DNA from: Entomortierella parvispora E1425
Lineage: Eukaryota; Fungi; Mortierellomycota
Length of the DNA: 64,000 nucleotides
Direction: 5' to 3'
Assembly (NCBI GenBank): GCA_020891255.1
Contig: BQFW01000014.1
Span: 1,426,001 to 1,490,000, forward strand
Every line of letters starts with the position of its first letter. Position 1 is the stretch's first letter. Under the pieces are notes generated by a model. That model worked only from the letters and a program-made list of their open reading frames with translations, was not told the origin of the DNA and made no database searches. Both the position numbers and the translations under genes were made by a program. Below, in pieces: positions 1 through 9,050 of the stretch.

Positions 1-1154
1 GCACCCAATTCATCCAACGGCTATCAGTGAACACGAAAGCTATTTGTCGTCGAATTGCGCTGTAATGTATTGTACGCACAATGCAGTCTGTTTGCCGTCA
101 GATAGAGGTCGGGGAGACACCTTACTTCTCCTTCTCTTTCTTTTTCTCTACCTCTGTGTCCCGGAGTTCTGAGTCAGCTCTTTGTGATCAGACATCTGCA
201 TCGCAACCGCCAGGTTCCCGTCCGTGTGTTCGATGGATCCACTGATATGTGCTGTATACATGCATGCAGTACCCGCCGCCCCAAGACCCAACCATCTTTC
301 TCGATCTTTGTTTTAGCGCCAACCCAGCCGCCCAGTGTCTCTCCAGCCCCTCTGGGTCAATGGAAGGTTCCATGTCTTCTTTCTGACTCGGGAGAGTGTG
401 TCATTTTAGTTGGGTTCCGTTTTGACGTTCTGGGATTGAAATAATTTTTTTGACATTTTTTTTTTTTTAAAAAAAAAATCACCCTGTCAAAAGAAAAGAA
501 CACCAAGACCCGGGCTCGGAAAGAACCCTCATGGCATCGAAGCTGGAGATAAGTGAGCAAGAAGCACATCTCCTCCTGCCTAAACGAGGAGATGAAATGG
601 GGGGAAGAGGTTGGTGCGGTGCTCTAAAGATCAGGCTCACTCTCTTTGTTTGTCGGATAAAGTTTTTTTTTTGACAGGTTGAACCACTTTGACATTCTGC
701 TATTGACAACGGAGGCGTCGGACCTGTGGCAGGGACCCACGCCTTGCATGAGAAGGGGGGGGGGGGGGTATTCCGCAATGGTGTACCTTCAAGATTTTTC
801 TCACTGACCTGTCAAAAAAAAAGTTGACTCTGGACCACCACGAGGTTGTCAAAAAAGTTGATTGTGAGATGAATCCGATCCCTACGTCAGCCTGTACAGT
901 TCTCTCTGTTCATCCGGACATGAAGCTGCGGAAAAAATGAGAAACTACGGATTGTTTTTCCCCCTAGATATTATTATAGATATCTTCACATAAGCCAAAG
1001 AGAAAAGAGAAAACAATAAGATATGAATTTGTTTGGTTTATTGATGAATTTGTTTCTTGGATGGTATATACACAAAGATATGAAGTGATGGTTGAATGTT
1101 TGGTGAGCGCTAGAGAGGGTGATAGGGCTGAAGGAAGCCTAACAGCTTGGCCAT

Positions 1155-2369
1155 TTATCCGCAACCAGCGCAGCCGCTGGATGAACCATTTGAAGCAGCT
1201 CCATTCTTGGATTGGACCATGACCATGTTCCTCTGTCGCGAGAACACGACCGCGCCCACGCAGAGTCCCAAGATCACGGCAAAGAATAACGCCACGTTAA
1301 AGGTCATGGTAACCAACATAAGCGCGTATCCCAACGTGGTCTCCACAAACATCAACACGGATCGGATCAAGTTCTGGCGCACCTCCCGGGCAGACCAAGG
1401 CTGACGCCACAAGTAGACCCAATTCATCAGGATGGAGCTGGAGCCGGAGGGTCCCACGGTCCTGTTCGAGTTCAACGATACTGAAGTCAAAGGTTCCGAC
1501 GGGCCCGTCTTGGCAGTCTCGGCTTCGGCCTCAATCTCAGCAGCCAATTGCTCGGCCCATTGGATATCCAGGCCGGTACGGTAGGCGGCAATGGTCTGAT
1601 AAAACAGTGTCAAAAAGAAGAGCGCGAACCAAGTGCCAGCGTATTGGCCTGCGGATCGAGGCACCCAAGTCTCAAAGAGGACATAATCCTCAAACCCAGT
1701 GTGGAAATACATCCTCATCTTGGGGGGATTCATGTCTGCACCTCCCACGCCAGCAGCACAGTACTCGGACTGATCAAAGCCCATGCTTGAGGCTGATGGG
1801 GTGCACATAGACTTCCAAGTCGAGCATTGGCTCATCTCTGGCATGGCCTTGCAAAGGATTGCATAGGTACCGAGGGTGTCGCATTCGGCTGCATAGGCGT
1901 TGGGGGCGGGCTTGGGGCAGCGCTCGCATCCAGCCATGTCCATCTCTGTGCAGATACCAATCACAAGAGCGGAGGCACTCTTGGTCGTGGGGAACGACGG
2001 GATCATGGGAGCCTTGGTGCAGATGGTAGCAGTAGAGTTGTTAACTCCACATAGTGCGACGTAGTTCTTGCAGCTGCCCATGCCGGGCATGTCCACAGCA
2101 CAAATGTCGGCCAGGATAGAGAAAGGAGTGCACCATTGATCGGTCTTGTGGCTCGACTGGCAGGAATTGAGGAGCGAGCAGCCAGGCATGTACGGCATTT
2201 GTTTGCAAAGGTCTGCCAGGTTCGCTTGGGTTGTGGCTGCTGGAAGCTCAAAGGAGGCACAGCTTGGATCCCATGGGGTCTTGAGGCAGTCCACGGCTGT
2301 CTGAGCAGACACCAGGACCTGAAGGCTCAATGCTCCAAGAGCCAAGAGGATCTTTGGGGCGGAAAGCAT
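1155..2369 (-). CDS. Ctr-family high-affinity copper transporter with a signal peptide and a Cys-Met (CxxMxxMxxC) ectodomain
   Basis: Intronless ORF; likely start MLSAPKILLALGALSLQVLVSA (ATG at 2369). C-terminal Ctr hallmarks: MRMYFHTGFEDYVLF, TM2 MxxxM (MLVTM), TM3 GxxxG (GLCVG). Ectodomain motifs: CKQMPYMPGC, CAVDMPGMGSC, CTEMDMAGC, CKAMPEMSQC. Confidence 0.93.
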   Translation of the reverse strand: MLSAPKILLALGALSLQVLVSAQTAVDCLKTPWDPSCASFELPAATTQANLADLCKQMPYMPGCSLLNSCQSSHKTDQWCTPFSILADICAVDMPGMGSCKNYVALCGVNNSTATICTKAPMIPSFPTTKSASALVIGICTEMDMAGCERCPKPAPNAYAAECDTLGTYAILCKAMPEMSQCSTWKSMCTPSASSMGFDQSEYCAAGVGGADMNPPKMRMYFHTGFEDYVLFETWVPRSAGQYAGTWFALFFLTLFYQTIAAYRTGLDIQWAEQLAAEIEAEAETAKTGPSEPLTSVSLNSNRTVGPSGSSSILMNWVYLWRQPWSAREVRQNLIRSVLMFVETTLGYALMLVTMTFNVALFFAVILGLCVGAVVFSRQRNMVMVQSKNGAASNGSSSGCAGCG

Positions 2370-3388
2370 CGAGGAAGATGGGCAGGGGTAGCGATAAGAA
2401 CAAAGGGTCGTTTGAGGGGAATGGAGAGAAAGGTATAGTTTGTCTTTGATCGAGGCAATTCCAGGGGTGAGGTCGATTTGACAAGTTGGAATAAAACGGA
2501 ACGAGGGAGGTTTATATAGAGTTTTGTGAATGCATGAATGAGAAAGATTGAGAAAAGAGAATGTCAATCGCCGAGAGATGCGCAGACGAGACGAAGCGGT
2601 CTAGGCAAAAGACGGGAAGAATAAGAAGAACAGGAAGAACAGGGAAGAGGAGTTGCAGTTGGATGGGAGAGAGAGAGAGAGGGAGGAAGGGAGGAGGAAA
2701 AACGTTCGACCAGGGACAGACAGCCAAGGCAATTGAGTTCTGCGAGAGTGGCGATGATGCTGGTGCTGGGACAGGAGAGCGACGGAGCGGGATGTCAAAG
2801 ATGGTCTCGCGGAGAGAGAGGCGAGCGATGGAGACCTGTTCCCTATGTCCTTCATGTCCGCCTGTCAAGTTGACAGAAAAAAATAAACAAAAAAGAGTAC
2901 CTTTCGGGGAATGTCAAACCTGTCAGTTTTTTTTCATATTCACCTGGTATTCAGTCTCTGGGATTGAATCGCTCGGCTGTCTTCCCGACCTTCTTTTATC
3001 GTGATAGAATGAGCTTGAGCTCTCGTGCTTGTCCACCTCTGTCCCCTGTTTGTCTGTCTGTGTGCTGCATCCAGTCAGCCCCGCCCACCTCCAGTTGTGA
3101 TGGATGGCCATTGGCGCGCCCTGCCAAAAGAAGAGGTGCCGTTTGACAGGTATGTCCTTGCCGGTACGACCCACCGCCGCCTGTCAGTTCCCAGGCCGCA
3201 ACTGTCCCCGCTGTTGTCACTTGTCGCCGCCGAAGTCAAAGGTTGTCAAAACACAGACTGAGAGAAACCTCGGATCCATACACCGCTGTTTCTATAAAGA
3301 GAGTGGTCTTTCTTCATTGCCCCGCGCCTTTTCTTGTTTTCAATCCTTACCCCTGCTCACTCATCCAACCTCTCTACATACATTCGCC

Positions 3389-4180
3389 ATGCGTTCTTCC
3401 TTGTTTTTGGCTGCTGCTGCTACCTTGTTGGCCTCCTCTGTCTCTGCTCATCCCGGCCATGACGATGCTGCCTCCGTTTGCTTGACCACCCCCACCGACC
3501 CTTCTTGCTCGACCTTCACTTTCCCTAACGCCACCTTGTCTGCTGCCATCGGCGATATCTGCAAGACTTCCTCCTTCCTTCCCGGGTGCTCTCTCAACAC
3601 CGCCTGCGCCGCTGATGCTTCTTTGCCTGCTACTCAGTGCGCTCCCTTGACGATCTTGGCCACTCTTTGCACTGCCACCGACGATACCGCGGTCACGACT
3701 GCCGTCTGCTCAAAGACCTACGGTGTCTTCTGCGCTGCCAACTCTTTGATCCCCTCCTGCAAGACCCAGGTTGCTTTCCCCGGCTTGCCTTCGGGTAAGG
3801 CTGTCGCCGGAGCTGTCTACTCCATCTGTCAGGAGATGGCTGCCATGACCGACTGCAAGATCTGCCCTGCACCCGACGCCACCGGCTACAGCAGCTGTGA
3901 CCAGGTCAAGGCCTGGAAGGGCTTGTGCTTGGACATGCCCGATATGAAGCAGTGCCCCTCTTACAACGACATGTGCAAGGCAACCCCTTTTGCTCCCTTC
4001 TGCACTGCTGCCTATGTTGCCCCCAGTACTCCAACCACATCTAGCGCACCTGCTCCCAGCCCTTCCGGTGACCACTCTGGCCATGGTAGCGGCAACTCTG
4101 CTTCCTCTGCTTCCTCTGTCATGGCCAGCGGAGCCATGACATTGCTGTCTGTCGCCCTTGCTGGTGCCTTGGCTTTGTAA
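3389..4180 (+). CDS. Secreted, probably GPI-anchored Cys/Met-rich protein paralogous to the neighbouring Ctr ectodomain
   Basis: Signal peptide MRSSLFLAAAATLLASSVSA followed by HPGHDD. Cys spacing is collinear with the Ctr ectodomain (CLTTPTDPSC vs CLKTPWDPSC). Carries CQEMAAMTDC and CLDMPDMKQC, a Ser/Thr/Pro stalk and a hydrophobic C-terminal tail (GAMTLLSVALAGALAL). Confidence 0.85.
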   Translation: MRSSLFLAAAATLLASSVSAHPGHDDAASVCLTTPTDPSCSTFTFPNATLSAAIGDICKTSSFLPGCSLNTACAADASLPATQCAPLTILATLCTATDDTAVTTAVCSKTYGVFCAANSLIPSCKTQVAFPGLPSGKAVAGAVYSICQEMAAMTDCKICPAPDATGYSSCDQVKAWKGLCLDMPDMKQCPSYNDMCKATPFAPFCTAAYVAPSTPTTSSAPAPSPSGDHSGHGSGNSASSASSVMASGAMTLLSVALAGALAL

Positions 4181-4326
4181 ACAGGCTGCCCCTCATCCAC
4201 CTCTCTCGCATCTTATACACTACATGTAAATAAACTACACTAATCTGCAACCCCAACTCCTTGACTGTGTGCGATTTTGAAGGAGCAGTAAGCACAGCTT
4301 TTGGCTCTTTCCAACAGTGCGAACCT

Positions 4327-4334
4327 GAATAAGA
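4327..4334. repeat. Left 8-bp target-site duplication GAATAAGA
   Basis: Identical to 9752-9759 and directly abuts the left TIR. Confidence 0.95.
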
Positions 4335-5036
4335 CAGCCTCGACAACTGGGCCACTTTTTCGAAAAAAGTGACCATCCTTCGTTGCACAGAAACGGTGGC
4401 TTCACTCAATTTTTTGGTGGCCACCACTTGGTCGCCACTCAAAATAAAGGAGTGGTGCAAAGGTGTCAACAAACCTGCAGCTCCACTCTTTTTCACTCTT
4501 TTTCACTCTTTTTCACTCTTTTTCACTCTTTTTCACTCTTTTTCACTCTTTTTGAGTGATTCCTGCAGGAAAATGGTGATTTGTCCCAAAAAGGATCGCA
4601 TCCACCAAAAAAAAAAGTGGTCGCCAGTAGTCCCACCAAAAAAAAGTGGACCTCACTTGGGAAAGGAGTGGTCGGAACATTTTGTGCGACCCAAAAGCAG
4701 AGACAAAAAGCGCGTGTGCGGTGCGGTCCAGCGTCTCTCCTCTCGAGCAGCATGCGCATGCCCATACCATGGGCCACACTAGCTTCAAGCGTGCCGTGGT
4801 CTATCTGTTCACGCCTGTTTGTCCACGGATGTTTAATTGCTTGTCTGCCCTTTTTTTTTTTTTTTGTTTCCCGTCTTTTTCCAATCCTGGCCCAAGTCGA
4901 CATTCTCTCCCAGTGAAATCGTATCATGGACGCGCAAGAGCAAGCCCTCCCTCCTCAACAACCCGAGGCTGATCCTGAACTCGTTCCCCAACCTCCACAA
5001 AACTTATGGCACCCACTGGTAGCGGGACTTGAAGAC
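4335..5036 (+). repeat. Left terminal inverted repeat (702 bp)
   Basis: Reverse complement of 9051-9751. The only difference I saw is a 15-T vs 14-A homopolymer. Confidence 0.95.
4484..4553 (+). repeat. (CACTCTTTTT)x7 tandem array inside the left TIR, mirrored at 9533-9602
   Basis: Seven perfect 10-bp units read directly in both TIRs. Confidence 0.95.
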
Positions 5037-5375
5037 CACTTTCAATTGCCAATTGGTGAGCTCCCTCCAGTTCAAGCATGCATCGCTGCAAACAGGCTTG
5101 CCCTCGCCGCAGTTCCTATCAGAGTTGCTAGGAATCAACCGATTGACAACAATTTTTTTGCATTGGAGGACAGGGCCACTGGAGACACTGGTCCTCGCTT
5201 CTCTAAATGTCAAGTTCAGAACTGTCCTTACAGAATTCGCTCTGATTTTGGCTTGAACATTCGACTGCGTCACATCAGGAACACCCACAGAGATTTGATC
5301 GATGCAGTTGTTGCCTTCCGAATCGCTCAAGGTGACCCAGCTTTGGATCAAACACATCTCTTACCTGATCAATAA
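4926..5375 (+). CDS. Transposon ORF-A: small stand-alone BED-like zinc-finger protein (149 aa)
   Basis: KCQVQNCPY...RHIRNTH (C-x4-C...H-x4-H). Similar to the transposase region LKVGQLPP...HVTRNHPEILSALTTFRKNQG. The stop codon overlaps an AATAAA. Confidence 0.7.
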   Translation: MDAQEQALPPQQPEADPELVPQPPQNLWHPLVAGLEDHFQLPIGELPPVQACIAANRLALAAVPIRVARNQPIDNNFFALEDRATGDTGPRFSKCQVQNCPYRIRSDFGLNIRLRHIRNTHRDLIDAVVAFRIAQGDPALDQTHLLPDQ

Positions 5376-5636
5376 ACCATGTGAAGCCCTTCACATTTTT
5401 TCCTCGATGTTTTTGTGGCCATGGTGTGCATGCATGCCCCAGACCAAGAAAATCGCCCAAGCTTATCGCAAGCACTGTGAACCTTCCCGTTTCCTCCATG
5501 CTGTGGGAACTCTTGACTTCTTCCAATGCTCTTGTCTTGAATTTTCCTTTCCTCTTCCTCTTTCCTTTTTTTTCCTCCTTATTTTCTACCTTTTTCTTTT
5601 CTCTATAACATCTATAGTACTACCATTTCTCTCACG

Positions 5637-8600
5637 ATGGACTACGACCCATATAGTCATCATTTCAACGATGATGATGATGCTGTCCAGACAGTACAGA
5701 CCGATCCTCCTCCTCCTCATCCTCCTCCTCACCCTCCTTCCAACATCGAAACTGAGGCTACCCAAGAGCCACAGACTGGTCCACGTCTCCGTCCTTATCC
5801 TCCTTCCAGCATCGATACTGAAGATGTCCAAGAGCCACAGACTGGTCCTCGTCCTCGTCCTCATCCTCCTTCCAACATCGATAATGAGACCATCCAAGCA
5901 CCCCGGACTCATCCTCCTCCTCGCCTTCATCCTCATCCTCATCCTCGTCCTCCTTCCCACACCGATAATGAGGCTGTTCAAGCACCACAGACTCGTCCTC
6001 ATCCCTATCTACCTTCCCACCATCAATATAACCCACTAGTTCCATCCCAACCTCGAGGTCCTCAGTACCCATACTCCCAACCTCATGAGCTTCACCATGC
6101 ATACCATATCCCTGGACAGTATCAATTTCCTCAATATCACTCTCAAGACCCAAATCAACCTGTCTACCACCCACCAGGCCACTTCCATCCATATTCAGAT
6201 GTACCATACAGTCCTTACCCAGGGATGCATCACACCGAATCACACCATACTATGCAGTATTCTACTCTTCCCATTCATCCACAGTATCGCCCTCCTCCCG
6301 GAATGCCCTATGAGCACTACAGAGTACCTCCAACTATTCCAAAGAAACGTCCTGCGGATCAAATCCGTGGTCCAACTCCAGGTGCACCGAGGGCAATTGC
6401 AGATATACACCTTGGGGCTTCGTCCCGAGCCGTATCACCAACTGCCCGAGAGGCTGAAGTTGAGACAACTCCAATGGAACTTTGGAATGCTCGACAAAGG
6501 AATCTGAGTAGAACTTCATCGGTGGCGTCCATTTCACGAGAGCCATCAATGATGTCCGAAGTGGAAATGTACACTCAGGAACAAACGGGCGATAGTACAT
6601 CGTCACCTGTACTCCTTCGGTCAACCCCAGCCTTTTCCGAACCTCCACCAAATGGCGGAGGTATATCCATGACTATAGCAGACTACGAGAAAACACTGAA
6701 AGTGGGCCAGCTCCCACCATATAGTGTGTGCAAGGAGGCCAAGTCTATGCTCGCACATATACCCATAAGGCAGATCGATCTTACGATTCCAGGGGCATGG
6801 CACCGTCATTTCTTTGAGAAGGTGTCAACAACAAATCCTGCCACAATCAACCAGGTTGATCTCCAGCCCACCATCAACGCCCCAACCGTTGATCCATACA
6901 CAGGGAAAAAGTTTCCTTATGTCTCTGACATTCCAAAGGCATGGTTCTTTTGCCGAGTCAAGACTAGTGAGAACCGCAGATGTCACTACCATAAGCCAGG
7001 ATCTCAAGGTACAGGCATGCGTACGGCACATGTTACAAGGAACCATCCAGAAATACTCTCAGCATTGACAACATTCCGAAAAAATCAAGGATTCGAAGGT
7101 AATCTATCTCAATGAATTACTCATAGGTGTACACTATCACATTTTTAACCTATCAAACGTCAATTCATGTAGATGTGGAAGCAGGAAACGCGGAAGGGTA
7201 TTCAGTATTCTATGACCAGACAATGCCAAAGTCCTCGCAGCTGACCAAGATATTGCCGAGTACTCAAGAAGCTATACAGCTATTCACTACTCACAGCGCG
7301 ATTCAACAGAGACTCCCGTTCTCAGTGGTTACTGGCCCGTATGCCTCGGGCGTCGCTAGAATTCTCGGATTTTCATACCCGTCGCCTTCTCCTCAAACCG
7401 TCGGAAAGTGTGTATTCAAGCTTTACGGAAATGCTCGCGCACGACTGGACAAAATATTTGCTGCAGGAGTCGTTCGAGGCTGCTTTACCTACGACGGTTG
7501 GAAGAGATTTGGCCGGAAATTCATCGGGATCACGTTCCATTACATCGAGAAAAAGACCTACAAACCCAAATCTCTGGCGATTGGTTTTGAGGAATACTTT
7601 GGTTCTGGGACGGCTGTTGACATCCAGGATATAGTAGGTAAGTGTGGATGGTAGCTCTGCTTGCCGTCGTCTTTGGCCCTGGCTGCAGCTTGATCTAATA
7701 CAAATCACAACTTCTAGAGCGAACCCTTTTATTTTGGGGGCTAAAAGGCAAGGCCTTTTGCAGTACTACCGACTCCGCCAATGTCATGAAAGCAACAACT
7801 CGACTTTTAATCAACGATGACGAAACTTTTGGTCCGTGGTTTCCCTGTGCCTGTCATAAACTTCAACTGTTTATCCGCAACATCATCGAAGCAACGGGTG
7901 ATATAAAGACTATTGTCCGCAAGGCTGAAGAACACAACAAGGCGTTCCTATCAAGCGGAGGATCAACTCTCCTATGCAAAGCGCGATCCGACTTAAAACA
8001 AAAGGAACTAAAGGCTCTCACATTCACTGTTACGCGATGGAACAGCAGATTCATGATGATAGAGCGCCTTCTGGAGCTACGTGAAGCAACAGACCTGGTC
8101 AAGGCGCGAGCGCAGATGCCTACTGCCACGCAAATGGAGAAGACATTTTGGCGAGAATATGGTAGTCAGCTTCTGAGTAACGAAGAGTTCGATGTTCTCA
8201 AGGAGCTTCTTACTGTCCTGCGACCCACCGCAGAATTGACAGTAGCAATGTCCTCCAACGACCCTGTCATCACAGGCTTATACCCCAAGATCCGCAAGGT
8301 CCTGAGTTCCGACCCTCTGTTGACGATTCCTATTGTGGAGCGGTTCCAAGAAAAAGTTTGTAAGGCAGCTCGCAGGCCTCTTCTCCACAGCTGATATGGC
8401 CGATGAAGTCCTCATTGCCACATACCTCCACCCTACCAATATTAAGAATGATGGATTTTTCACTGGATTGGAAGGAGAAAGACTGAAACAGCTTGCAGAG
8501 GACCTTATTCTTGCAACGGCTGATCCTGAAAGTCCACTGCGCACAGGAATCGACTTTGGGGATAAGTCTACTGAGGATCTCACCACGCTCCTGTCGATGG

Positions 8601-8941
8601 AGCTGCAGAGTTATATCGAACTTGCCCAATCGGAACCGTTGAAAGATTACAACAAACCTCATGAGTGGTGGGCAGTGCATGGAGGCATGTTCAAGTACCT
8701 GTCCCAGTTTGTTGTCATCTTCTTTAGTATACAAGCCTCCTCAGCGGCAAGTGAAAGGCTCTTTAGCGTCTCTGGATGCGTTCTTACAGCAAAAAGAACG
8801 CGTCTTGGTATCCTCAAGCTTAAGGCATTGGTTTTGCTGGCTACCTGGGACACCGGCTACAAGATAAAACTGGACGATTACTATAATGATGGCGATGACG
8901 ATATCGACATATTCCAAAATTTGGATAGCAACATTGGGTGA
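5637..8941 (+). CDS. hAT transposase (exons 5637-7098, 7173-7637, 7718-8941) with an apparent +1 frameshift near 8347
   Basis: Introns 7099-7172 (GTAATC..TAG) and 7638-7717 (GTAAGT..TAG) join three ORFs in frame. BED finger WFFC...C...H-x4-H; catalytic D (TYDGWK), D (TTDSAN), E (ASSAASERLFS); CACH; TRWNS; HEWW/dimerisation domain. The reading frame switches between ORF 7786-8394 and ORF 8333-8941. Confidence 0.88.
5733..6008 (+). repeat. Four degenerate coding repeats (66-bp base unit, PPS(N/S/H)xxxExxQxPxT...) in the transposase N-terminus
   Basis: Units begin at about 5733, 5799, 5865 and 5949 and are visible at both DNA and protein level. Confidence 0.85.
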
Positions 8942-9050
8942 GAGCTCTCAAGATATAAGACTTAGCTGAGTAAACATTAGGAGAAAAATGACGAGAAGTC
9001 CTTCCTTAACATTAGTTGAATATGTACTGCACAGCGATGCATAAAAAATA

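Noticed and set aside
1-780. Short ORFs at the window start (184-444, 188-373, 357-569, 479-778)
   Set aside because: No recognisable motif in any frame or plausible splice combination I tried; probably UTR/promoter of a gene outside the window.
2754-2769. S. pombe Cuf1-type CuSE match (ATGATGCTGG) in the Ctr promoter
   Set aside because: The consensus is so degenerate that about one match per kb is expected by chance; not evidence on its own.
4484-4553. Regular repeat array as a possible CRISPR
   Set aside because: Head-to-tail 10-bp units with no spacers, in a eukaryotic transposon.
4369-5022. Multiple ORFs in the left TIR and mirrored ORFs at 9065-9774
   Set aside because: They arise from stop-poor repeat sequence duplicated in the TIRs and have no coding-like composition.
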